This document shows positions 24,748 to 34,349 of a stretch of 37,745 nt of DNA, piece after piece (within the stretch, counting starts at the first letter, position 1; the number at the start of each line of letters is the position of its first letter). Origin of the DNA: a virus (Duplodnaviria; Caudoviricetes). The notes under the pieces were generated by a model. It saw only the letters and a list, made by a program, of their open reading frames with translations. It was not told the DNA's origin and did not search any database. The translations under genes and the position numbers were made by a program. The stretch is from positions 1 through 37,745 of the IMG/VR virus record IMGVR_UViG_3300011338_000439; one strand, written 5' to 3'.

Positions 24748-25803
24748 TCAGGCCGCGCCAAGCACGGTGATCGTGCCGCCGGAGCCGCGATATTTGAGGG
24801 CGCCGGCCTCGACGTAGAGCTGCCCCATGCCGGCCGGGCTCGACGATGGAACGGCGATCGCATTGGCGATGCCCACGACCCCTTGCCCGCCCGTGCCGAA
24901 GGCTGTGACGTTGACGCCAAGGTTCGAGAAGCCATCGTCAAACAGCGTCGTGCCTTGCCCTTGGCCGCCCGTCGTGTTGGAATAGCGTGGGATGCGCCCT
25001 GTGGTGGTCGAGGTTGCGAGCGCAGGTGCGAGCGGAAAACCAGACGCCCGCATGAAGGCGACCACCGTCCAGTTGCCAGAGCCGTCCGATAGAGCGATGA
25101 AGCAATCGCCGGCCGCGCACGTGATGTTGGCCCCCGTCGGCAGAATGAGCGACGTCGCGTTGTGCGTCAGGATGGGTGCGTTCTGCACCTTGACGAACCG
25201 CAGCAGGTTGGCGCCCGTGCCAAACGAGGAGATCGTCGCCGTGCCCGTCAGGCGAACGCCGAGGGTTGTCGGCGTCGCAAGGTTGCTGGTCGCGGCGGCG
25301 GCAAGATCGGTGAACGGGCCGAAGGCCGACCCCGCCAGAATGACGCCATCAATCGTCGTGGAGTCCGTAGGCGCTGCCGCTCCGGCCGTGGCGTTCTGCT
25401 TGATGGTGTGGGCCGCCATGTCGGCGGTTTTGGCGTTGGTGACGGCCTTGTCGATGATTTTGGCGGTCGTTACGGCGTTGGCTTGGATCGTTGCCACGGC
25501 CGAGGCGTCGATAAGCACGTCGCCGGTCACGGTCGCAAACGCCGGACCCAGAATGGCTGCCAGCGTGGTCGACCCCGGATCGCCCGTCGTGGCGTTGTAG
25601 ACGGGCAGGCGGTATTGGCTGCTCGGAAGGGTGAAGCTGCCGACGTCGGGCAGATTGCCGACGACTTTGAACAAGTTGAGGAGAGACAGACTGTTTTGCG
25701 TGTAGCCGACGCCGTTGAAACGGCTTAGCAGCAGCAGCTCGGCGCCGGACAGGCCGCCGGTCCAGGCCGGCTCTTCCGAAGGCTTGATGCCAGAAACAGC
25801 CAT
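24748..25803 (-). CDS. Fibre/spike protein
   Basis: TIQANAVTTAKI repeats, LTHNATSLILPTGANIT domain, C-terminal QLYVEAGALKYRG. Confidence 0.7.
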   Translation of the reverse strand: MAVSGIKPSEEPAWTGGLSGAELLLLSRFNGVGYTQNSLSLLNLFKVVGNLPDVGSFTLPSSQYRLPVYNATTGDPGSTTLAAILGPAFATVTGDVLIDASAVATIQANAVTTAKIIDKAVTNAKTADMAAHTIKQNATAGAAAPTDSTTIDGVILAGSAFGPFTDLAAAATSNLATPTTLGVRLTGTATISSFGTGANLLRFVKVQNAPILTHNATSLILPTGANITCAAGDCFIALSDGSGNWTVVAFMRASGFPLAPALATSTTTGRIPRYSNTTGGQGQGTTLFDDGFSNLGVNVTAFGTGGQGVVGIANAIAVPSSSPAGMGQLYVEAGALKYRGSGGTITVLGAA

Positions 25804-26144
25804 CAGCTATTCTCCGCCAGAATTTGCATGCCCGATTCATCGTCGAGGAGTGCGCCGCTCTCCGTCTGCATGACGACCGCCATGCTTGCCTCGGTCAGAT
25901 CGGGGCGCGGATTGAGAATATTGACGGGATCAGCGGGCAGCACCGTATTGCGCTGAAACAGGGCCGGCGCATCCAGGCATTTGCGACACACGCGCGAGCC
26001 CGTATTGACCATCGTTTGCCCCTGCACCACCCATTGGAACTGCAGGGTGCTGTCATTCCAGAGAAAGCCGCACTTGTCGCACACGGCGCGCGCCGACGGC
26101 TTGAACAGGTCGTCCTCGGCGTGACCGCTCGGGCGCAAGCTCAT
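25803..26144 (-). CDS. CxxC/CxxC virion protein, paralog 2
   Basis: AVCDKCGF...VCRKCLD...DPVNILNPRPD with an acidic ESG tail. Confidence 0.8.
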   Translation of the reverse strand: MSLRPSGHAEDDLFKPSARAVCDKCGFLWNDSTLQFQWVVQGQTMVNTGSRVCRKCLDAPALFQRNTVLPADPVNILNPRPDLTEASMAVVMQTESGALLDDESGMQILAENS

Positions 26145-26148
26145 GACG

Positions 26149-26484
26149 TCACTCCGCGAGAAGCTGCTCGCCGCCCTCGTCCAACAGATCGACGCCGGAC
26201 TCGTCCTGCAGGAGCGTCGTGGCGCTCAGCTCGGCAAGATCGGGGCGCGGATTCTGGATCGGGACGGGGTCGGGCGGAAGGGTGAACGTACGCAGGACGG
26301 GCGCAGGGATGTCGTGGCACGTCGGGCAGACGAGCAAATTGGTGTTGACGAGTGCCGTACCGCGCCACTGGTATTGCCAGCGCAGCATGTGATGATTGTA
26401 GAGCATGCGGCAGCGATCGCAGACGGCCCACGCGCGGGGCGCGTCCGCATCGACAAAAGCGTGTCCGTGCGGGCGATGAGCCAT
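26149..26484 (-). CDS. CxxC/CxxC virion protein, paralog 1
   Basis: AVCDRCRM...VCPTCHD...DPVPIQNPRPD with an acidic ESG tail. Confidence 0.8.
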   Translation of the reverse strand: MAHRPHGHAFVDADAPRAWAVCDRCRMLYNHHMLRWQYQWRGTALVNTNLLVCPTCHDIPAPVLRTFTLPPDPVPIQNPRPDLAELSATTLLQDESGVDLLDEGGEQLLAE

Positions 26485-27173
26485 CAGTCGAAGTATCCAC
26501 TCAAGCCGGGCGAGATATAGATGGGCACGCTCTCGGTATCTTCCGCCGTTGCCGTATCCCAGGCATCTTTGGCGTCCTGCTTGCGACGATCCTCAAGCTC
26601 GGGTTTCCAGATGCGCGACAGACGATGCGCAAGATCGGCCACGAAGGCGTCGGCGAAGCGATAGGGCGCATCGATCGTCAGGCCGTTGGCGAGGGCCGCA
26701 TCTTGCGGCTGACGCATCCGGCGAAGGTTGAGCGTGTAGCTGGTCGACGTGTCCGGCACCGGATAGAGCGTGATGGTCGGCGTCACCTGACGATTGAACC
26801 AGAACGACGTCGGCGCCCCCGGCAGGGTCTTGTTGGGATAGCCTGCGTATTCCGACTGCGAGATGGGGCCAATCACGCGATCGGTAGAGCCGGGACCAGA
26901 CCCGACTGTGGTGTACGCCGTGATGATGTTGACGGTCTCGGCGGGCAAGGTCAGCGTTGCGACGCCGGCCGTCAATGGATAGGAAAGCGTGTCGCACTCC
27001 CACAGATTCGGCCCCTTGTTGGCCCATTGCGTGAGGAGGAGCTGGGCTTCCTCGGCCGCGTCCTGTAGATGTTGCGTCGTGATTTGCGTGCCGCGAATCT
27101 GAATCCGACCGTAAGCATTAAGCACGAGATTGCTCAACGCTGGATTGTACGCGTAAGTGCCGGTTGTTGTCAT
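26484..27173 (-). CDS. Second adaptor / tail-tubular-A-like protein
   Basis: MTTTGTY...WANKGPNLW...YPNK...GAPTSFWF...LYPVPD pattern. Confidence 0.75.
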   Translation of the reverse strand: MTTTGTYAYNPALSNLVLNAYGRIQIRGTQITTQHLQDAAEEAQLLLTQWANKGPNLWECDTLSYPLTAGVATLTLPAETVNIITAYTTVGSGPGSTDRVIGPISQSEYAGYPNKTLPGAPTSFWFNRQVTPTITLYPVPDTSTSYTLNLRRMRQPQDAALANGLTIDAPYRFADAFVADLAHRLSRIWKPELEDRRKQDAKDAWDTATAEDTESVPIYISPGLSGYFD

Positions 27174-27182
27174 GCGGACCTC

Positions 27183-27590
27183 TCAGGCAAACACGTTTCG
27201 TCGCGCCTTGATCGTCGCCGGGTCGAACGCCCTCACGCCTTCCGGCGTCTCATAGCCGGGCAGGATCGGCGGCAGGGTCTCTTGCCAGACCGGCGCTTCG
27301 CCCGTGCGCACTTGCACGAGTTGCAAAATACGCGTTCTCTCAAACAGCCCGCCTGTCTGTGGCAGGCCAGCCGTCAGCGTCGCCTCGGATGAGCCATAGA
27401 ATCGTAGGTTGAAGTGGAAACCGTCCACTCCGGCCACGTCGATACTTTCATTCGCGCGAAACGGGTGAATGATCACCTCAGCAATCGGCGTAATGTCGCC
27501 CGTGTCTGCATCGAGCTTGGCGATATCCGCCGCTTCGAGAAACGCAACCGCCGCTTCTCGTGTCGGCGCCCATGCGGTTACGTCAATCAT
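27183..27590 (-). CDS. Hypothetical protein, possible fibre chaperone
   Basis: ATGA-coupled to the upstream fibre gene; GFHFNLR motif. Confidence 0.65.
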   Translation of the reverse strand: MIDVTAWAPTREAAVAFLEAADIAKLDADTGDITPIAEVIIHPFRANESIDVAGVDGFHFNLRFYGSSEATLTAGLPQTGGLFERTRILQLVQVRTGEAPVWQETLPPILPGYETPEGVRAFDPATIKARRNVFA

Positions 27591-28987
27591 GTCGTCTGTG
27601 CCACCATTTGCGGGTCCGTGAAATTGCGCGGAACGTACATCAGTTTTGCCAAATATCCATTCAGATACGAGCCACCCCCTTGTTGTTGACCAATGCTAAA
27701 AGTCGTCAGCGCGGCCCCTGGCCATGTCCCCGTTGTTACCGCCGTTTGCGCCACACCGTTTAGGGCAGAGTTGAAGTCATTTGTTTTGGCTCGAATTGCA
27801 CCCTTATATACCGTGTTGGCAGACGCGCTTCCGGTCAAAGTCTGGTTTATTAATATCGCAAATGCGGCGCCCGTGACGACGCCGACGATTGTGGTGCCCG
27901 CATTATGCCGCAATACCTGGTCGGAGTTATTGCGGCTTGCTGCCGTCAACTCAACGACAGGGCTAAATGACGGCACCGTCGTGTTGATTTGCCATTTAGC
28001 AAAAATCGTTCCTTCAATCTGTGACAGAGGAAATAGACTTGTGGCCATGGTGATGTTGTCAGCCGTCCGTGTCACCGTGCCCGTGGTCGTAACAATCGGG
28101 GACGTGGCAAACGCGCCAGCCTCGAGCTGCATGTTCCAGACGTAAATTCCCGACGCCCCGTCGCCGGCGTAGTTGTCCGTTCCGTTCGCCGAAGCAGTGT
28201 AAATGCGGCATTGCAGCGCCGTGGCGGTATTGGTCGTGAACACCCACGCGAAATAGACCCAGCCATCCGGACGCAGTGATGACGCAAACGACACGCCGGT
28301 AAAGCCCGCCCCTTGCGCCGACGCGTTTCCGGCCGCACCAGTGGTCAGGTTCACATATTGGCGCTGTCCATCCGCCGCGCCGTCAAACACGAACAGCTCA
28401 CACCACGTGCGCTCGCCAGCCTTGACGAAACCGGAAAACGTGTACTGGATCGCCGAGGCGGCCTTGGTAATAGCCTGCTGCGCATTGTGGACGTTCGTAA
28501 TCGCGTCCTCGACGATCTTCGAAGCATTTGCCGAGCCATCAGGAGATGTGGCGGCCGAAGCTGTAATCGTCGAGCTGACCTTGGTCCACGACGCGTTCGT
28601 AAAGGTCTGACTTTGCAGAAGCAGATTTGTCCGCGCCTCCTCGATTCGGACGCCGAGCACGTTGCCGCTCGCATCGTAGGACGTGCGCAGCGTCGTTCCA
28701 GACGAGAACAGCCCGTTGGCACCGAGTACCCACTTCGTCGATGGGCTCGAATACGTCAGCTTTGAATTCGGATCACCATCGAAATTATTGGCTGGCGTCG
28801 TGGTGTCCTTGATCACCATCGACAAGTCTGTGAAATCGACGGCGAGACCTTGCGTCTCGTTGAGAAGGAGTTGAGCCGCACCAGACAAGCCGGCAACCTG
28901 CAAACCGCCGCCGCTGGTGAGACCCGTCGTCGTGCGCAGTCCTGTGCCGAACAAAAGCCCGGTCGAGACAATCTGCAATCCTGCCAT
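27587..28987 (-). CDS. Fibre/spike protein with carbohydrate-binding-like beta domains
   Basis: GVRIEEARTNLLLQS, QLEAGAFATSPI.T...VTRTAD and a LamG-like C-terminus. Confidence 0.75.
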   Translation of the reverse strand: MAGLQIVSTGLLFGTGLRTTTGLTSGGGLQVAGLSGAAQLLLNETQGLAVDFTDLSMVIKDTTTPANNFDGDPNSKLTYSSPSTKWVLGANGLFSSGTTLRTSYDASGNVLGVRIEEARTNLLLQSQTFTNASWTKVSSTITASAATSPDGSANASKIVEDAITNVHNAQQAITKAASAIQYTFSGFVKAGERTWCELFVFDGAADGQRQYVNLTTGAAGNASAQGAGFTGVSFASSLRPDGWVYFAWVFTTNTATALQCRIYTASANGTDNYAGDGASGIYVWNMQLEAGAFATSPIVTTTGTVTRTADNITMATSLFPLSQIEGTIFAKWQINTTVPSFSPVVELTAASRNNSDQVLRHNAGTTIVGVVTGAAFAILINQTLTGSASANTVYKGAIRAKTNDFNSALNGVAQTAVTTGTWPGAALTTFSIGQQQGGGSYLNGYLAKLMYVPRNFTDPQMVAQTT

Positions 28988-29002
28988 GTGCGCGGCCTCG
29001 TG

Positions 29003-29965
29003 TTACGCGGCCGGCCGAGCGGCAAGCTGAATGGCCTCAAAACGCACCGTGCCCGTGCCGCTATTCAACACGACACGCGCGAACCGTGGCGCATAGCCAT
29101 AGTTCGATTGCATGTTGGCGGTCGCGGCAACGAGCGTCGCATCCGGAGAGTTGACCCATTGCACGCCCGTTGGTCCAATGGCTGGATCGTTGGGATCATC
29201 CAACGTCTGTTGCACCGTATAATTGACGGTGCCAGAAACGCTGACCTGCAGAGAGACCGGCGCGAATGCGAAGCTGTCGAAGGCAACCCAGCGCGAGGAT
29301 GCAACGCCCGACGTCCCAACCGTGACGGTCGAGGCCGTGGCCGCAGACGGGCGAATAGACGTCACCGTGGCATAGTCGAGAAGAGACTGCGCCGTCGAGG
29401 TATTGGCGCCGGCCAGCACCTCGGATTGCGCGAGCCCGCTGCGATCGGTGCCGATGATCGTGAACGTCATGGCGCTGTCGTTGCCGGCGCTCGTGATCAG
29501 CACGCGGCGCGGCTTGTCGAGCGTGACGACGGACGCATTCGTGCCGACGGAGACGTTGCCCGCCGACGCCCCTGACGCGACGACAGATAAAACACGAGAA
29601 AACGCGTTCCTCGTGGAGACGACAGAGGTATTCGACCCCTTGACGGCCTCAGCAATGACTGCCTGCCCGAGCGCGTCCCAGCCCGTGACCGTAAAGGTGA
29701 GGCCAGTATCGTTGCTGAGAGAGGTAATGACGACGGCAGACGGCGTTGCCAGCCAAGCGACGCCCGACCGGACGATGGAGCCGTTGAGCGACATAGCGCC
29801 GCCCGCGACAGGCTGTGATGTACAGATCGCTGTGGCCGCATATCCGGTAGAGAGCGTGCCTTGCAGGGCGAGCGCCGTCGACGAGCCCGGATTGGTCTGT
29901 GATGTCGAGATATTGTTGGCAGAGGCCGCCGCGAGCGGACCGACCGAGACGACGAGAGGTTGCAT
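29003..29965 (-). CDS. Structural protein with an internal duplication
   Basis: Two copies of V.ITS..ND...TFT..G.D..G....E...G.N; Ser/Thr/Ala-rich. Confidence 0.75.
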   Translation of the reverse strand: MQPLVVSVGPLAAASANNISTSQTNPGSSTALALQGTLSTGYAATAICTSQPVAGGAMSLNGSIVRSGVAWLATPSAVVITSLSNDTGLTFTVTGWDALGQAVIAEAVKGSNTSVVSTRNAFSRVLSVVASGASAGNVSVGTNASVVTLDKPRRVLITSAGNDSAMTFTIIGTDRSGLAQSEVLAGANTSTAQSLLDYATVTSIRPSAATASTVTVGTSGVASSRWVAFDSFAFAPVSLQVSVSGTVNYTVQQTLDDPNDPAIGPTGVQWVNSPDATLVAATANMQSNYGYAPRFARVVLNSGTGTVRFEAIQLAARPAA

Positions 29966-29987
29966 GCCGTGGGCTCCGGTGGCGGTA

Positions 29988-30021
29988 GAGAAAGGGGTGC
30001 GGCTGGATCAAACCGCACCCC
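29988..30021 (-). terminator. Terminator-like hairpin
   Basis: GGGGTGCGG/CCGCACCCC 9-bp stem followed by TTTCTCT on the minus strand. Confidence 0.6.
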
Positions 30022-30062
30022 GCGCAAACGCACGTCGGGGATACAACCAGAAAGCGCGTGGA

Positions 30063-30242
30063 TTACTTCTTGCCGCGCGCGGACGAGTAGGGGTTGGAGT
30101 CGCAGCCGACGCGACCGCCGGAAGCGCGCAGCTTGGGCACCATGCCCGTGCCGCTCGGCACCTTGCCGATGTCCTTGCTCTTCTGGGCTGCGGCCATCAC
30201 AGCCGGGTTGCCGCCTGCGGGCATGCCTTTCTTGACTGCCAT
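30063..30242 (-). CDS. Small basic protein (59 aa) with RASGGRV motif
   Basis: AAGGA RBS before MAVKKG. Confidence 0.7.
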   Translation of the reverse strand: MAVKKGMPAGGNPAVMAAAQKSKDIGKVPSGTGMVPKLRASGGRVGCDSNPYSSARGKK

Positions 30243-30327
30243 GAGATCGTTCCTTTCGAGGTTGAACGTGAAAGTATTTCTTACAAGTTGGATTCGAGCT
30301 ATTCGGAAATCCCGAATAGCTGGCCTT

Positions 30328-31569
30328 TTACGCCTGAGCCCGGCCGAACCACGGCACGGTGTTGGTTGGGTTGGAGAACGTGAGCTGCTGCACCGTCGCA
30401 TTCGCCATGATGGTGAGGCGACGCACGTTGTTGGTGGCGGCGCCGCCCGTGATCTGCGTACCGCCACCGGCCGTTGATACCTGCACGGTGCCACGCGTAT
30501 CGCCGGTCGTGGTCGTGGCGGGGTTGGTCGTATCCGCCGCAAGCCATCCGACGGACGTTGATGTGAACGTGCCGTTGTAGAACACGTCCGTGTATTCCCA
30601 CAGGTCCGACCGCCAATGGAAGCCGAACACGTCACTGGCCGTCACGGTGTAGTTGAACGCGTTGGTGAACTGCGGCGTCACGCTCAGAATGTACTTGAAC
30701 GCCTTCTTGCCGTAGCCCGTGACCGCACCGGCGCCGACAGTGATCACCTCCGACATGGCGTTGTGATAGATGTCGTAGCCGCGCACAAGGAAGGTGCCAC
30801 CAGAGCCACTCGCCGAACCCAGAATGGCCACGCCGCGCGCCAGACATTCGCGGGGGTTGAGCATCCACGTTGCGCCCGTCGCCATGTAGGGCCAGTGCTC
30901 CAGCGGGGTTGAGCCGGGCGCGCTGTAGCCGGCCGACGGCGCGCGGCCAGCCCCGATCGGCGCGTTGGTGACGCTGGCGAGTGCCGTCTGCGTCGCGCCA
31001 ACCGAGTTGACAAGCGTGATCGTCGTCGCCGAGGCGAGTGTGCCCACGATGGCAGAGAGCGGGGCTGTCTTGCCGGCATTGCCGGCGCCGCCGATGTAAA
31101 TCCACTGCCCCGGCTGAAACACGGTGGAGTCAGGAACCGTCACCGTCGCCGAGCCTGACGTGGTCGTTCCGGTCGTGAATCCAAAATCGAACGCCAACGT
31201 CGTGACCGGCGTCGAGCTGCCGACGGGCACGACAGGAATACCCACGGCGACCGATGGGATGTTGGCCGTGGCGCCGTTGGCCTGCGCCGAGGTCAGCGTC
31301 ATGGCAACGCCGCTGACGACGTTAGCAGCGGCAGCAATCGTGGCCGACGTTGACGTCTGCGGGACATTGTCGGCGAGGACGCAATACGGGTTGTTGAAAA
31401 ACCCGATGTAGCGTTGCGGGGCTGCGGCATCCTTGTTTGCCGGCGTCTGCCGATGGTCGAGAATGCCCGAGCCCTGATACTCCATATCGGGACCGTCGTC
31501 AGGGTCCCAGGTGCCGTCAAGAAGCATGCCGAGAGCCACGGACGGCCCCCGATAAGTCACGTTTGCCAT
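30328..31569 (-). CDS. Structural protein (decoration or head-fibre-like)
   Basis: 413 aa, Thr/Ala/Gly-rich, directly after the major capsid gene; GGAGG RBS. Confidence 0.7.
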   Translation of the reverse strand: MANVTYRGPSVALGMLLDGTWDPDDGPDMEYQGSGILDHRQTPANKDAAAPQRYIGFFNNPYCVLADNVPQTSTSATIAAAANVVSGVAMTLTSAQANGATANIPSVAVGIPVVPVGSSTPVTTLAFDFGFTTGTTTSGSATVTVPDSTVFQPGQWIYIGGAGNAGKTAPLSAIVGTLASATTITLVNSVGATQTALASVTNAPIGAGRAPSAGYSAPGSTPLEHWPYMATGATWMLNPRECLARGVAILGSASGSGGTFLVRGYDIYHNAMSEVITVGAGAVTGYGKKAFKYILSVTPQFTNAFNYTVTASDVFGFHWRSDLWEYTDVFYNGTFTSTSVGWLAADTTNPATTTTGDTRGTVQVSTAGGGTQITGGAATNNVRRLTIMANATVQQLTFSNPTNTVPWFGRAQA

Positions 31570-31608
31570 TGGCGATCGGCCTCCGAAAAGTGCGGAAATG
31601 AGGATTTG

Positions 31609-31635
31609 CCGGCGCCAGCCCGAAGCCAGCGCCGG
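31609..31635 (-). other. Stable UUCG hairpin 3' of the major capsid gene
   Basis: CCGGCGCTGGC-TTCG-GGCTGGCGCCGG with no U tract; probably stabilises the mRNA. Confidence 0.5.
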
Positions 31636-31654
31636 TCAGGATTGATACGACCGC

Positions 31655-32569
31655 TTACGAGGTCGGGAGCGACGCGTAGACCGCGCGCCAGTCGATGTAG
31701 GCGAACGAATAGCGCTCGTAGCCCTTGACCAGCAGGTTGTCGGTCGTGTTGTCGACCCACATATCCATCTCGTAGGGAACGCGATCGAAATGCAGGAGGC
31801 CGTCGACGTTGGTCTTGACGAACCACGCATAGGGCGAGGTCAGGAAGTCCCACACGACGACGCCTTTGGGCAGGCCGCCGGCTACCATCGGGATCACGTT
31901 CGGGTCGTTGTTGGACGTGCCCGGACGCAGCTCGGCTTTGACGAGGCGGTTAGCCACATCCTCCAGCGTGTAGGGCACGACGAGGGACTGAGCCCGCGCA
32001 CGGATCAGCAGACCCGCCTCATCGCGGAACGTGCCGCGAATGTTCTTCTGCGCCTGCAGAAGCGAGGCTTCGTTGAGGTCGAGCTGCACCGTGAAGGTGT
32101 TGGCGACCGTTGCACCGTCGATGGGATGCGCCGTCGAGGCGAGCGCCTGTCCATCACCACCCAGGCCGGCAATCGCCGTCTGGCAGTTGTTGAGGACGTT
32201 CGCCGCCTGAATCTCCTTGAACTGCGCGAAGGAGTTGTTCAGCCCGAGGTTGGTCGGATTGAACGAGTCGGCATACAAGTTATCGTCGATGACGCGCCGG
32301 GTGATGGCGTAGCCCAGCGACACCTCGGTGTGCTCGACGTTGTAGGCGTAGCGCTGGCCGGCATTGTTGTCGAACTCCGTCGGCGAGCCCTCCGTCTTGA
32401 TACGGGCAACCGGCATGAAACGCATCTGCGTCGCACGCTCGACGGCCATCCGGCTCTTGCGGATCGAGAACACCTTGTCCCAGGTCTTCTCGACCATGTC
32501 GTACTGACCCTGGACCTCCATGAGGCCCGGATACAGCTCGTCCTTGATCTGGGCAATTGCGATAGGCAT
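31655..32569 (-). CDS. Major capsid protein
   Basis: AQIKDELYPGL..., LGYAITR...DDNLY, GGDGQALASTAHP, DLNEASL and ERYSF...DWR motifs of a widespread MCP family. Confidence 0.9.
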   Translation of the reverse strand: MPIAIAQIKDELYPGLMEVQGQYDMVEKTWDKVFSIRKSRMAVERATQMRFMPVARIKTEGSPTEFDNNAGQRYAYNVEHTEVSLGYAITRRVIDDNLYADSFNPTNLGLNNSFAQFKEIQAANVLNNCQTAIAGLGGDGQALASTAHPIDGATVANTFTVQLDLNEASLLQAQKNIRGTFRDEAGLLIRARAQSLVVPYTLEDVANRLVKAELRPGTSNNDPNVIPMVAGGLPKGVVVWDFLTSPYAWFVKTNVDGLLHFDRVPYEMDMWVDNTTDNLLVKGYERYSFAYIDWRAVYASLPTS

Positions 32570-32630
32570 CTGTCATTTCCTTTTGCGTTCAAAGGGGTTA
32601 GGAACTCATGACGCGCGGCTATCGGGCCGC

Positions 32631-33218
32631 TTAAGCGATGCCGAGGAGCTGCTTGAAGGTCTCGTTGTTGAAGGTCGCGTATGCCCAATTGTAGTTCGTC
32701 GTGTTGTCCGCGCCGTTGCCGATGCCGGTATCGGAAAAGAGGCGGACGATCTTGAACGGCAGGGTGTTGGTCGTGTTCAGCGACGACTGATCGAGCGTCG
32801 CGCCGGAAATGCCGTTCGCCGTGTTGCCGGTGCCAACGGCGAAGTTGACGCCGGAGCCGATGTCGGCAAGCACGAACGGGGAGCCGTTCGAGGCGGCGAG
32901 AAACAGCGAATTCGGAGCGTCGACGACGAAGGCCGTGACGTCGCCGGTCGCGTCCGACCCCGGCCAATATGGCGAGAAGACTTTCTTGCCCTGCGACGTC
33001 GAGATGTACTCGCAGCCGGCGAAGATGCCCGCGATCTGCGTGGTGCCGGCACTAGCCTGTCCGATGTAGCCGGTGGTCAGGCCAACCACGGGATCGCCGC
33101 GATAGATCGCCGTGGCGTTGTTGGACGCGATTTTACGCCGAGAGTGCGGGAAGTTAGCGGATGCGCCGCCGACGTCCCCGACGTGCTGAAAGCCGAAAGC
33201 GGCCTGGATGTTAGCCAT
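32631..33218 (-). CDS. Capsid cement / minor head protein
   Basis: MAN..AAFGF...IASN..TAIYRGDPV...GIFAGCEY pattern, directly before the MCP gene. Confidence 0.75.
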   Translation of the reverse strand: MANIQAAFGFQHVGDVGGASANFPHSRRKIASNNATAIYRGDPVVGLTTGYIGQASAGTTQIAGIFAGCEYISTSQGKKVFSPYWPGSDATGDVTAFVVDAPNSLFLAASNGSPFVLADIGSGVNFAVGTGNTANGISGATLDQSSLNTTNTLPFKIVRLFSDTGIGNGADNTTNYNWAYATFNNETFKQLLGIA

Positions 33219-33301
33219 GGAGTGGTCCCCTGGAGTGTGGACTGTCCGTCGAGCGCCGCCCGGATCGGAGCGTTGAGGGGCCGGTGCCTAACCTCACCGG
33301 C

Positions 33302-33329
33302 AAAAGAAAAGCCGCCCCAAAAGGACGGC
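33302..33329 (-). terminator. Rho-independent terminator
   Basis: GCCGTCC-TTTTG-GGGCGGC followed by TTTTCTTTT. Confidence 0.75.
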
Positions 33330-33360
33330 CCACGCAACGCCACGATTACTTGATGCCCTG

Positions 33361-33714
33361 CTAGATGTGACCTGCGGCCAGTTTCTCGCGCAGGGCAAAA
33401 CCCATCAGCGGCCAAAGCTGCCGAATGGCGTCGTCATAGGCAAACTTGCGCCCCAAGTCCGCGTTGAAGTTGGCGGGGCTTGCCGGTGCGCTCTTGCCGA
33501 TTACCGTAAATCCGTTGCGCATGACGAGAATGCACACGGACAGGACGGATAGTGGATGCGGCGTGTTGGCCGACGTCGGGAACCCGAGCGCTTGGACGGC
33601 ATCGCTGGCGACGAAGTCGTAACGCTCGGAAATTGCCGCCTCGATGTCGGCGAGCGCTACGCGCGGCTCTGTTGCGACAGCGGCCGATACGCGATCTGCC
33701 TCTTGCATGCTCAT
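33361..33714 (-). CDS. N4 Gp49/Sf6 gp66-family protein (Acb4-like nucleotide sponge candidate)
   Basis: LSVCILVMRNGFTVIGKSAPASPANFNADLGRKFAYDDAIRQLWPLMGFAL is the family signature; GAGG RBS before ATG 33714. Confidence 0.85.
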   Translation of the reverse strand: MSMQEADRVSAAVATEPRVALADIEAAISERYDFVASDAVQALGFPTSANTPHPLSVLSVCILVMRNGFTVIGKSAPASPANFNADLGRKFAYDDAIRQLWPLMGFALREKLAAGHI

Positions 33715-33718
33715 CGCC

Positions 33719-34339
33719 TCAGTCCTCCGCCTCGCCGTACTCGTAGCGCGGTGCCGCAAGATCGTCGGGCAGCCCTTCGATGTGACGCTTGACGAACGTA
33801 TTCGCGCGCGCCTCGGGATTGTTGCGGCCATCCTCATAGACGCCGAGCTTGGCGTCGCGGTCGGGCGTATTCTGGCGCATCTGGGCGCTGGCGAGCTTGC
33901 GCTCCTCCTCGCGCGCCTCGATCGTCAGGGCTATCGGCCGCTCATAGAGGGCAAGGCCATCGAGACGCACGGCCATGCCCGGAAATTTCGCGGGGTCGAC
34001 CGGCGCCCAGCCGTTCTGCTTCATGTTGTTGATGTTCGACGGATCGGGCTGGCCATAGACCGTCTCGCGCATCCACTGCAAATCCCAGCCCGCCTCGCGG
34101 AAATGGTTCGGTACGTGGAACTTGTCGCCGTAGTTGTCGGCAGTACGCGAGAGCGGCTTGCCATCACGCCCGAGCGCCACCACGCGCCCCGTCGACGGAT
34201 CGCGATCGGCATAGCGAGGTGCGGTTGCGGCTTTCGGAGCATCACGGCGTGACGGTGCCGCATCGGCCTCCGGCGCAACGTGCTTGGGCGCCGGCATCTT
34301 GCCTCGGCGTGCAGGGGCGGCGGTATCGGTCTGTCGCAT
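33719..34339 (-). CDS. Conserved head-module hypothetical protein
   Basis: W.RETVYGQPD..N......GWAPV...GLALYERP pattern; AAGGA RBS before ATG 34339. Confidence 0.75.
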   Translation of the reverse strand: MRQTDTAAPARRGKMPAPKHVAPEADAAPSRRDAPKAATAPRYADRDPSTGRVVALGRDGKPLSRTADNYGDKFHVPNHFREAGWDLQWMRETVYGQPDPSNINNMKQNGWAPVDPAKFPGMAVRLDGLALYERPIALTIEAREEERKLASAQMRQNTPDRDAKLGVYEDGRNNPEARANTFVKRHIEGLPDDLAAPRYEYGEAED

Positions 34340-34349
34340 GCGGTTTCCT

